Source of the DNA: a virus | Strand: one strand, 5' to 3' | Virus record (IMG/VR): IMGVR_UViG_3300031993_000069 | DNA: 64,000 bases | Part shown: piece by piece, positions 17,567 to 25,544 of the stretch | Layout of the letters: every line of letters begins with the position of its first letter | Numbering within the stretch: the first letter of the stretch is position 1 | Notes under the pieces: generated by a model | Seen by the model: only the letters and a program-made list of their open reading frames with translations | Database searches by the model: none | Told to the model about the DNA's origin: nothing | Translations under genes and position numbers: made by a program

Positions 17567-17647
17567 ATGATGACAATGAACAAGAAAAACATCAAGAATA
17601 GAAAAACTAGAAAAACTAGTTCATTTAGTCATGGCTTAATTCAGTAA
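17567..17647 (+). CDS. small basic peptide (26 aa) candidate
   Basis: RBS AAAAGGAGAAGAG then ATGATG; followed by a terminator hairpin and T-run at ~17678-17712. Confidence 0.25.
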   Translation: MMTMNKKNIKNRKTRKTSSFSHGLIQ

Positions 17648-17772
17648 AACACTAATAATACGTTAACGTAAGATAGAGTGCCGAGTGGTTAAGCCGCCCG
17701 GCATTTTTTCTGGGATTACGTTAGCGCAACGGACAGGGACGACATAAGAGCGTGCTTTTCCAGAAATCACAT

Positions 17773-17849
17773 ACCTCCGTAGCTCAACTGGACAGAGCAT
17801 CGGTCTTCTAAACCGCAGGTTGGGCGTTCGAGTCGCCCCGGGGGTGCCA
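17773..17849 (+). tRNA. tRNA-Arg(TCT)
   Basis: Acceptor ACCTCCG/CGGGGGT, loop CTTCTAA, CCA. Confidence 0.75.
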
Positions 17850-17853
17850 AATC

Positions 17854-17928
17854 GCGTCCATAGCCAAGTGGTATGGCAATCGGCTTTTAACCGATGTACC
17901 GAGGGTTCGAATCCTTCTGGGCGCACCA
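17854..17928 (+). tRNA. tRNA-Lys(TTT)
   Basis: Acceptor GCGTCCA/TGGGCGC, loop CTTTTAA, CCA. Confidence 0.8.
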
Positions 17929-17933
17929 CATAT

Positions 17934-18010
17934 GCCTCCATAGCAAAATTGGCTAATGCACCTGACTCTTAATCAGGGGATTCTGGGTTCGAGTCCCAGT
18001 GGGGGTACCA
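17934..18010 (+). tRNA. tRNA-Lys(CTT)
   Basis: Acceptor GCCTCCA/TGGGGGT, loop CTCTTAA, CCA. Confidence 0.75.
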
Positions 18011-18012
18011 AT

Positions 18013-18088
18013 GCGCCGGTAGCTCAGCCGGTAGAGCACGTGACTTTTAATCACGGGGTCCAGAGTTCGAACCTCTGCCGGCGCACCA
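18013..18088 (+). tRNA. tRNA-Lys(TTT), second copy
   Basis: Acceptor GCGCCGG/CCGGCGC, loop CTTTTAA, CCA. Confidence 0.75.
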
Positions 18089-18090
18089 AT

Positions 18091-18165
18091 GCTGATTTAG
18101 TTTAATTGGTAAAATAATTCTCTCGTAAAGAATAGTAGTGTGTTCGAAACATACAATCAGCACCA
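18091..18165 (+). tRNA. tRNA-Thr(CGT), AT-rich
   Basis: Acceptor GCTGATT/AATCAGC, anticodon stem ATTCT/AGAAT with loop CTCGTAA, T-arm GTGTGTTCGAAACATAC, CCA. Confidence 0.7.
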
Positions 18166-18261
18166 TTAGAGCCTATGCTTATTTCTAGCTCAATGAGAGC
18201 GTTTGACATTTAATCAAAAGGTATAGCTAGGCCATTCTTGATAAATCTACTGTATAATATA

Positions 18262-18500
18262 ATATGGTTGCGATGAATTTTGCAGTTTCGACCCATGTGC
18301 ACAGAAATAGAAACTGCCTATAGGTTAATGTTGACCATAGTTATTGGTGCAGAGTACGTAATCTGCGAGGTAAACTCCGGTGTATGTTCATTCGCCGACC
18401 TATGAAGCTAAAAAATGAACGGAGATAGCGTATAAAAATGATTTATGAAAAGTACGTAACGCCCATGAGGAGAGGCCTCATGCTTCAATAAAAAACAAAA
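18262..18500 (+). ncRNA. unidentified structured RNA candidate (~240 nt) behind the 18250 promoter
   Basis: ORF-free. Ends in the hairpin CATGAGG-AGAG-GCCTCATG immediately before the next tRNA. Confidence 0.3.
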
Positions 18501-18503
18501 CTT

Positions 18504-18579
18504 GCCGGCTTAGCTCATCTGGTAGAGCAATTCACTAGTAATGAATAGGTGGTCAGTTCGAGTCTGGCAGCCGGCACCA
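18504..18579 (+). tRNA. tRNA-Thr(AGT), A34
   Basis: Acceptor GCCGGCT/AGCCGGC, anticodon stem ATTCA/TGAAT with loop CTAGTAA, CCA. Confidence 0.6.
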
Positions 18580-18707
18580 TGAGCCTATACTTATTTCTAA
18601 ATTCGCCTTATAAGCGGGTGGTCGCAGGTTCGAGTCCTGCCGCCGCAACCATTACATTGCGGCGTAGCTCAGTTGGGAGAGCACCTATTTCTAGTTAGGC
18701 CTTTCTG

Positions 18708-18764
18708 AAAAAATAAGCCAAAACTGGCTTATTTTTTATTTTAAGCCAAAATTGGCTTATTTTC
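18708..18764 (+). terminator. tandem rho-independent terminators closing the RNA-gene island
   Basis: AAGCCAAAACTGGCTTATTTTTTATTTT and AAGCCAAAATTGGCTTATTTT. Confidence 0.8.
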
Positions 18765-18792
18765 CAATGTATAATATATTGAGGGTTAAATT

Positions 18793-19602
18793 ATGAACAA
18801 AGAAATCATTGAATTTGGAAAACGTATGGATGCTGCAGAAGATAAGGCAATGTTAGTTGACTATGCCGAACATGCGACATCTGTTTTAGATTTAGGCGCT
18901 GGAACTGGTAAAATCTCACGAGATATTGCTGAAAAATGGGGCGCACACGTCGATGCAGTCGATATTCAATTTAAGGATAATTGTCAAAATTCTGATAGCG
19001 TTACCTATTATGGTATGGGCATTAATGAATTTTTAGCTAATTATCCAGATAAGAAATATGACTGTATCGTTTTAAGTGCAATTTTACATGAGCTTTCTGA
19101 TGAATATATTGAGGAAATGTTAGCAAAATTACAAAATGTAATGAAGGCAAATTGTCGTATTCTTGTTAGAGAGCCATTTTATGATGAAGCTCTTGGCCCT
19201 GTGCTTGTGCAAGATTTAAATAAATATGTAGATTTAGTTAAAGATCATCTTCCAGCAGGCAAAGCTATTGAATTTGCTTTGACTCCAAAATTAAATTCTG
19301 GAAATTGCTTATGCATTGAAGATTTAATTGGTATTGACTGGATTAATTTATCATTTACAATTAGCTACGGTGATCAAGCCTGGGAACGCGAAAAGCATGA
19401 ATTACGCTATGCCAGGTCATTAGACTGGTGTAAAAGGGTATTTGATATGCCAAAACGCCCATTTACTGGTTTCCAAGCCCTACCAGTTTTAGATAAAACT
19501 TATAGACGTCATTTTATTAATGCAAATATTCCAGCAGAGGCATTCGATTTAATTCAATATACTGGAATGCTTGTGATTATTGATTATTCAATTATTGAAT
19601 GA
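18793..19602 (+). CDS. class I SAM-dependent methyltransferase
   Basis: Motif I VLDLGAGTGKIS; Rossmann-fold MTase layout. Ends at TGA; if TGA is sense it extends 3 codons to TAA. Confidence 0.75.
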   Translation: MNKEIIEFGKRMDAAEDKAMLVDYAEHATSVLDLGAGTGKISRDIAEKWGAHVDAVDIQFKDNCQNSDSVTYYGMGINEFLANYPDKKYDCIVLSAILHELSDEYIEEMLAKLQNVMKANCRILVREPFYDEALGPVLVQDLNKYVDLVKDHLPAGKAIEFALTPKLNSGNCLCIEDLIGIDWINLSFTISYGDQAWEREKHELRYARSLDWCKRVFDMPKRPFTGFQALPVLDKTYRRHFINANIPAEAFDLIQYTGMLVIIDYSIIE

Positions 19603-19685
19603 AAAAATTAAATTTTGGTAATAATTCTTAAAAAAAGAATGTATTATATACTGATAACAAACTTAATGAAAGGAGACATTAAATT

Positions 19686-21257
19686 ATGCCATTAGGTGCT
19701 ATTATCGGAATTAGTGTTGGCGGAGCTCTCTTGCTCTTCTTAATCATCTTCTTAGCTTGTGCTTATACAAAAGCTGGACCAGATGAAGCCATCATGATCT
19801 CTGGCTTAGGTAAGAGAAAAATTTTAAGAGGAAAGGCTGGTTGGAGATTACCATTCTTACAAAGAAAAGATAAATTATCTCTCAAAGTATTCCAAGTTGA
19901 CATCAAAACTCGTGAATCCATTCCAACAAATGAATTTATTAATATTAATGTTGATGGTGTTGCGAACTTAAAAGTTTCTAGTGACCCTGAGTTATTAGAA
20001 AGAGCATTTGAAGCCACTCTTGGTATGTCACAATCTGACTTGATTGAACAAGTCAAACAAGTTCTTGAAGGTAACATGCGTGAAATCATTGGTACTGTTG
20101 GTATTAGACAACTCGTCCAAGACCGTAAAGGTGTTGCTGAAGCTGTTAAAGAAAATGTCATTCCTGACATGAATAAACTTGGTCTTGAATTAGTTAACTT
20201 CAACATTCAAAACTTCTCAGACAATAACCATGTTATTGAAAACTTAGGTATTGATAACATCTCTCAAATTTCCAAAGAAGCTGCTATTGCTAAAGCAAAT
20301 GCTGAAAGAGACGTTTCTATTGCCCGTGCTGAAGCTGCAAAACAAGCCAATGAGGCTGAAGTTGCTTCTAAGACAGCTATTGTTCAAAAGAACACAGAAT
20401 ATAGCCTTAAAGAGTCTGAATTAAAGATTAAAACAGATACTGCGAAGGCTGACGCTGATGCTGCTTACAAAATTCAAGCACAAAAGAGACAAGAAGAAAT
20501 CAATACTGCTACTGTTAATGCTGAAATTTCTAAGAGAGAACGTGAAGTTGAACTTGGAAACAAAGAAGTTGAATTAGCAGAAAAGAAATTAGCTGCTACT
20601 GTTAACAAGAAAGCTGATGCTGATAAGTATGCTGCAGAAAAAGAAGCTGAAGCAGAATTATACAGACGTCAAAAGAAAGCTGAAGCTGAACTTATTGAAG
20701 CTCAAAGACAAGCTGAAAAACTCAAAGTTGCCGCTGAAGCTGAAAAACTTGCTCGTAAAGAAAAAGCTGATGCTGTTGCTATCGAAGCTGAATCTCAAAG
20801 AGTTGCTCGTGCTAAAGCTGCTGAAGCTATCAAGTTAGAAGCTGAAGCTAATAAGCAAGCTGCTCTTGCTGAAGCTGAAGGTATTAAGGCAAAAGGTGAA
20901 GCTGAAGCTACTGCAACTAAAGAAAAGGCAGAAGCTATGAAGGCCTTCAATGATGCTGCTACATTAAAGCTTGTTTTAGATAGTGGTGTCTTACCAGAAA
21001 CTGTCAGAGCTTACTCTGAACCAATCGCTGCTGCACTTGCACAAATCGATGGTATCACAATGTACGGTTCCGGTAATGAGGCTCAATTAGTTGAGAACAT
21101 TCAAAAATCTGGCGATCAAATCTTTGCGGGTTTAAATAAGACATTAGGTATCGACCTTAAATCAGTTCTTCTTGGTTACCTTGGACCAAAAGTCTTAGGG
21201 GCTGTCGCAGAGACTCCAACCAAGAAAACAAAAGGTAAAACAGATTTAACTGAATAG
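19686..21257 (+). CDS. flotillin-like SPFH/band-7 domain protein
   Basis: N-terminal TM helix, an SPFH domain, and a long A/E/K-rich coiled coil typical of FloT/YuaG. Confidence 0.8.
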   Translation: MPLGAIIGISVGGALLLFLIIFLACAYTKAGPDEAIMISGLGKRKILRGKAGWRLPFLQRKDKLSLKVFQVDIKTRESIPTNEFININVDGVANLKVSSDPELLERAFEATLGMSQSDLIEQVKQVLEGNMREIIGTVGIRQLVQDRKGVAEAVKENVIPDMNKLGLELVNFNIQNFSDNNHVIENLGIDNISQISKEAAIAKANAERDVSIARAEAAKQANEAEVASKTAIVQKNTEYSLKESELKIKTDTAKADADAAYKIQAQKRQEEINTATVNAEISKREREVELGNKEVELAEKKLAATVNKKADADKYAAEKEAEAELYRRQKKAEAELIEAQRQAEKLKVAAEAEKLARKEKADAVAIEAESQRVARAKAAEAIKLEAEANKQAALAEAEGIKAKGEAEATATKEKAEAMKAFNDAATLKLVLDSGVLPETVRAYSEPIAAALAQIDGITMYGSGNEAQLVENIQKSGDQIFAGLNKTLGIDLKSVLLGYLGPKVLGAVAETPTKKTKGKTDLTE

Positions 21258-21282
21258 TTAGCTAAAACCTTACAATAATTTA

Positions 21283-21318
21283 AAAAAAACCATGCAAAAC
21301 TTGCATGGTTTTTCTTTA
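21283..21318 (+). terminator. rho-independent terminator
   Basis: AAAAAAAACCATGCAAAAC-TTGCATGGTTTTTCTTT. Confidence 0.85.
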
Positions 21319-21361
21319 TAAATATTAGTATCTTTTAAGGTATTTTATTGTATAATATTAT

Positions 21362-21577
21362 ATGACAGACCCAAACTTATTATTAGAAATGTTTATCGTA
21401 GGATTTATCGGGATAGTCTCAATCTGCTTTGGACTCATAATTTATATTAAGCATAAAGAGGATAAAGGTTGGGATAAAGCTCGATGGGTTCTAATGGCGG
21501 CAGTAATCTCTGTGGGGATTATGGTTACAATATTCGAAATTGTTTGGCTCTGTATGTATCTAGGCTTACCAGTATAG
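21362..21577 (+). CDS. small membrane protein (71 aa, 2 TM)
   Basis: Hydrophobic ORF behind a TGTATAATAT promoter. Confidence 0.5.
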   Translation: MTDPNLLLEMFIVGFIGIVSICFGLIIYIKHKEDKGWDKARWVLMAAVISVGIMVTIFEIVWLCMYLGLPV

Positions 21578-21587
21578 GAGGATAGTT

Positions 21588-21686
21588 ATGATTACTATAT
21601 TAGCATTTTATGGCATTGGACTTGGATTATTAAATTTACTTGTTATTGGTTTATTTGCTGGTCTAAAGCTAAAGGAGAGAAAATAA
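21588..21686 (+). CDS. small hydrophobic peptide (32 aa)
   Basis: RBS TAGGAGGATAG then ATG; single TM. Confidence 0.3.
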   Translation: MITILAFYGIGLGLLNLLVIGLFAGLKLKERK

Positions 21687-21687
21687 T

Positions 21688-22218
21688 ATGAAACAAACAT
21701 TAGTCGTTAATCTTTTAGGCGGTCCTGGTGTTGGTAAATCTACATTAACCGCAGCTGTATTTGCAAAGTTAAAAGATGCTGACGTCGATTGTGAAATGGC
21801 ATCTGAATTTGCAAAAGAATTGGTTTGGGAGCAAAGAAACGAAACATTTAAAGATGAGTTATATATCTTTGCAAAGCAAGCCCATAGATTATTTAGATTA
21901 AATGGAAAGGTTGATGTAGTTGTTACAGACAGACCATTAATTCTTACTTGTTTCTATGCTCAAAATGATAAAGCATTAAGTAAATTCTGTTTAGATCGCT
22001 TTGAACAATATAATAACTTAAATTATTTATTGGTTAGAGAAAAGACTTATAATCCAAATGGTAGAAATCAAACAGAAGATGAAGCTAGACAAATTGATAG
22101 TGCAACTAGATATATGCTAGCAAGTTATGATATTGATTATAAAGAAGTTCCAGGAAATATGGAAACTGCAGACATTATTGTTAATGATGTTTTAAAGCTA
22201 TTGGAGGAAAGAAAATAA
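21688..22218 (+). CDS. P-loop NTPase / nucleotide kinase-like protein
   Basis: Walker A LLGGPGVGKSTLT at the N-terminus; 176 aa. Confidence 0.6.
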   Translation: MKQTLVVNLLGGPGVGKSTLTAAVFAKLKDADVDCEMASEFAKELVWEQRNETFKDELYIFAKQAHRLFRLNGKVDVVVTDRPLILTCFYAQNDKALSKFCLDRFEQYNNLNYLLVREKTYNPNGRNQTEDEARQIDSATRYMLASYDIDYKEVPGNMETADIIVNDVLKLLEERK

Positions 22219-22886
22219 TGGGCGTTTTGTGTAATGAAATTAAACAAAAGCATAAGAAGATTATTGAAAATTTTGGCGTAGATCCTTGGATTAAAGAAGA
22301 AATTATTAATGTTCTTGATATTCAAATTTCTGCTTTACCAATTTTAGACCAAAAACAATATACTATTCTTATCAACTCAGTAGAACATCCTGATGGATAT
22401 AAATTAGATTTAACTGCCCATCCAACTCTTAGAATTAGAAGTGGAAAACTCATTAGAGACCCTGCTGGAAATCCTGACTCATTCTTTTGGGATGAAGCAA
22501 CATATGAAAAGAATAAATCACGCTCTACTTATTTTTTAATCAGTGGAGAGACCGGGGAATATCTTGAAAACTACTTTGAATTGCGTAAGAAAATTATTTC
22601 AAAGGAAGATGGCGAACAGCTATCCTTTAAAGTTGCATCAAGAAAATGGCCACTTGAAGTAATGATTACTCCTGCAGAGCAGAGAACAGCTTTAGAAGTT
22701 ACAGAAGAAGTTTTAGAAAGACTTCCGGCACTTTTAGAATCATATAATGATATTGACCCAACTGCCACAGTTAAATTAGCTATCGGTGATTTATTAGTTT
22801 TAGATAAAAATGGATTTTATTATCGTGTAGCAAAAGATTTAAAAGAACAAACATATTGTAAAGGAGTTTTAAAAAATGGCAATTAA
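22218..22886 (+). CDS. hypothetical protein (222 aa)
   Basis: ORF with start overlapping the upstream stop. Confidence 0.55.
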   Translation: MGVLCNEIKQKHKKIIENFGVDPWIKEEIINVLDIQISALPILDQKQYTILINSVEHPDGYKLDLTAHPTLRIRSGKLIRDPAGNPDSFFWDEATYEKNKSRSTYFLISGETGEYLENYFELRKKIISKEDGEQLSFKVASRKWPLEVMITPAEQRTALEVTEEVLERLPALLESYNDIDPTATVKLAIGDLLVLDKNGFYYRVAKDLKEQTYCKGVLKNGN

Positions 22887-23100
22887 AATTCTTAGAGATG
22901 GCTATGAACAAAAGCCTACTATTCGTATCTATACTGTTACATGTCCAACATGTGGTTGTATTTTTGAATGCAATTATCATGATTTTAAATGGCAAAGCCG
23001 TGGACTTGTCTTAGATGCTGGAGTCGATTGTCCACATTGTGGAAAAGAATTACATCTCGGCCCAGATACTCCTTGTAGAGTAGAATTTGAGGAAGAATAA
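22876..23100 (+). CDS. zinc-ribbon protein (74 aa)
   Basis: CPTCGC...CPHCG Cys pairs. Confidence 0.5.
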   Translation: MAIKILRDGYEQKPTIRIYTVTCPTCGCIFECNYHDFKWQSRGLVLDAGVDCPHCGKELHLGPDTPCRVEFEEE

Positions 23101-24147
23101 ATGCTAGATTACCAAAACGTTAAAATCCCAGAAGAAATTATTATCGTTGAAAAGCAAATTCAATATAGCTGGTATCAATCAAAGGCCAATGGTATGCACC
23201 AAGGCTATGTTGTTGATGCCAATAATAAAAAGATGCTTGAAACTGCTTTAAACTGGGCAAAAGGAACCGCCTATGATGAAAGCCTTTTAGAAGGTAAAAA
23301 TTGGTGGGATTGCTCTGAAGAAATTAAAAAAGCTTATAGAGCATCAGCCAAAGAGGTCGAAGGTATTCAACACAAATATACTAATGGTAATTTTAAATTA
23401 AGAATTATTGACTCAGCAGATAATAGTAGCCAAGGTGGAAAATTATCTTTCTGGAATTGTGGAATTACTTGTCCAGATGGTTTAGAATTATTAGTTGGTA
23501 TCAATGCTGATATCTTACTTGAATTATTAATTACAAATACTTTTGTTAATGGCGTTTGTCCAACAAAAGTTTGGCTTGGTCGTGTTAAGGGAACTCAGGT
23601 TGGAGCTTTCTCTGAAAATATGGAGTTATTCGAACAAGCTAAAAAAGATGAAGCTACAAGACGTGCTAATGCTGCAGCTGGAAGTAATTATAAACCAGGA
23701 GCATTAGTCAGCAATTTAACCAATACAGAAATTTATATTGGCACATTATATACGGCCGCTGATTTTGATGATAGTGGTTGGAGACGTTATACACTAACTG
23801 TTTATAAAAAACCGCAGGTTAGACATTTCTTCTTAGGATATGACCCCGAAAAAGGAACTATTAGTAGATATGTCTATGGCTCAGATATTAAAAAGACAAA
23901 GCCAAAAAGAGTTATTAATGGCCAAAAAGATATTGGTATGACTCCACATGCTTATTTATCAAAGATTATTGATAGCTATTACAAAGAAGGCAATGTCAGT
24001 GATTATTCTAAGTTCTGCTATGACAAATTATTATTAGGCTATGCAGATACCCCAGAAGAAGCATTAGCAAAGCAAGAAGAATTTATTGCTTTGATTAAAA
24101 AACAATATAGTCCTCGTGACTATTTAGATATTAAATACGAAGATTAA
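23101..24147 (+). CDS. hypothetical protein (348 aa)
   Basis: ATG abuts the upstream stop. Confidence 0.6.
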   Translation: MLDYQNVKIPEEIIIVEKQIQYSWYQSKANGMHQGYVVDANNKKMLETALNWAKGTAYDESLLEGKNWWDCSEEIKKAYRASAKEVEGIQHKYTNGNFKLRIIDSADNSSQGGKLSFWNCGITCPDGLELLVGINADILLELLITNTFVNGVCPTKVWLGRVKGTQVGAFSENMELFEQAKKDEATRRANAAAGSNYKPGALVSNLTNTEIYIGTLYTAADFDDSGWRRYTLTVYKKPQVRHFFLGYDPEKGTISRYVYGSDIKKTKPKRVINGQKDIGMTPHAYLSKIIDSYYKEGNVSDYSKFCYDKLLLGYADTPEEALAKQEEFIALIKKQYSPRDYLDIKYED

Positions 24148-24158
24148 GGAGAACATTT

Positions 24159-25109
24159 ATGATTAGAGATGCACTCGGTGACAGAATGAAAGGTTATGAA
24201 GCTGTCACAAAAACTACATTAGTAAGCAGAATGCCAGTCATTATTAGATTAGATGGCTGTCATTTCCATACTTTTTGTCGTGGATTTAAAAAGCCATTCG
24301 ATCCTTTAATGGTTAAGACCATGCAAGCAACCATGAAATATCTCTGTGAGAATATTCAAGGCTGTGTTTTAGGCTATACTCAAAGTGATGAAATCACTCT
24401 TGTTTTAGTCGATTATAGAAAGCATAATTCCTCTGCTTGGTTTGATAATGAAGTCCTTAAAATTACGTCAGTCTCTGCTTCTTTAGCAACATTTGCATTC
24501 AATAAATTCTTCAACGAATTCTATCTTGAACAACTTGCTGAAAAGGGTGAAGCTGATGAATATGATTTAGTCTATGATAGAAAACGTAGAATTGGTGCAT
24601 ACTTCGATGCAAGAGTTTTCAATGTCCCAAGAGAAGATGTTACAAACTGTGTTCTTTGGAGACAATTAGACGCTGAAAGAAACTCAATCAATTCTCTTGC
24701 ACAATCTTTATTCAGTCATAAGTCTCTTCAAGGTTTAAATCTTAAAGCTACTATGACTAAGATCGAAACAGAAAAAAGCATTGTCTGGGGTGATTTACCA
24801 ACAACTCAAAAACGTGGTTCTTGCTGCATCAAAGATGTTTGGTATACTTTAGATGATGGTCAAAATGTTAAGAATAAGTCACACATTTGTTATAAAGATA
24901 AAACAGGTGAATTCTATTTTGATGGTGATGGTTTCTACTTCTATGCTACTGGCTTAAAAGATAACCTTAATTGTGCTTTTTCTGCCCAAGGTGTTAAGAT
25001 GAATGTTAAAGAGCATTCTGCTTGGAGAATTGATAATGAAATTCCAAGATTTATCGATGAAGGCAGAGAATATATCGAAAAGTTAATCTATCCAGAAGAC
25101 GAGGAATAA
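24159..25109 (+). CDS. Thg1-like protein (tRNA-His guanylyltransferase / 3'-5' nucleotidyl-transferase family)
   Basis: VIIRLDGCHFHTF...FKKPFDP...GYTQSDEITLVL matches the Thg1/TLP core R.DG..F..F.....KP.D...YGQSDE.S.V. Confidence 0.7.
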   Translation: MIRDALGDRMKGYEAVTKTTLVSRMPVIIRLDGCHFHTFCRGFKKPFDPLMVKTMQATMKYLCENIQGCVLGYTQSDEITLVLVDYRKHNSSAWFDNEVLKITSVSASLATFAFNKFFNEFYLEQLAEKGEADEYDLVYDRKRRIGAYFDARVFNVPREDVTNCVLWRQLDAERNSINSLAQSLFSHKSLQGLNLKATMTKIETEKSIVWGDLPTTQKRGSCCIKDVWYTLDDGQNVKNKSHICYKDKTGEFYFDGDGFYFYATGLKDNLNCAFSAQGVKMNVKEHSAWRIDNEIPRFIDEGREYIEKLIYPEDEE

Positions 25110-25112
25110 TAT

Positions 25113-25544
25113 ATGGGCAGAAAAGAAACAGTCAGAGAATTTATTAATAACAGGTCAAGTGGTGCTTGGATCACTTTTGAATTTGATGTAGATAGAGTCT
25201 CTGAGACAGTTTTTAAGCAATATCGTTGTATTAGCGTTGAAGACTTCCTAGTTGAATATGGCAGAAGAAGTAGTTATATTCTTGATGATTATGTTGTCGT
25301 AAGCACTGAGGAGTCTTATCCAAGCAATTCACAAGGACAAACTATTTGGATGACATTACAAAAGAAATCTGATTATGTTGAAACCTTAGAGCCAATAAGC
25401 TTAACACCATTTGAAGTTGAAGATATTGTAACTAAGTTAGAAAAAGTTAAAAAGTCAATTAATGAAATCTCTCCTGTTTATGATGATCCAGCTATTAAAG
25501 AAATAGATAGCATTATTAGAAAGCTTGAGGAACATGATGGATAA
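25113..25544 (+). CDS. hypothetical protein (143 aa)
   Basis: ORF in a tightly packed operon. Confidence 0.5.
   Translation: MGRKETVREFINNRSSGAWITFEFDVDRVSETVFKQYRCISVEDFLVEYGRRSSYILDDYVVVSTEESYPSNSQGQTIWMTLQKKSDYVETLEPISLTPFEVEDIVTKLEKVKKSINEISPVYDDPAIKEIDSIIRKLEEHDG

Larger units (their letters stand above)
671..18598 (+). repeat. dispersed conserved 18-nt motif GAGCCTRTRCTTATTTCT (motif A), at least 14 copies
   Basis: Copies at 671, 788, 970, 1098, 1271, 8680, 9761, 15191, 16676, 16902, 17132, 18169 and 18581, plus the variant GAGCTTGTGCTTACTGCTT at 7271. All are on the + strand. Most lie 0-6 nt after a tRNA CCA end or ~5-30 nt after a -10 box. Confidence 0.8.

Noticed and set aside
671-18598. 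Motif A copies as a CRISPR array
   Set aside because: The repeats are 18 nt, single-stranded in orientation but irregularly spaced (20 nt to several kb). They are anchored to tRNA ends and promoters rather than separated by uniform spacers, and no cas genes are in the window.
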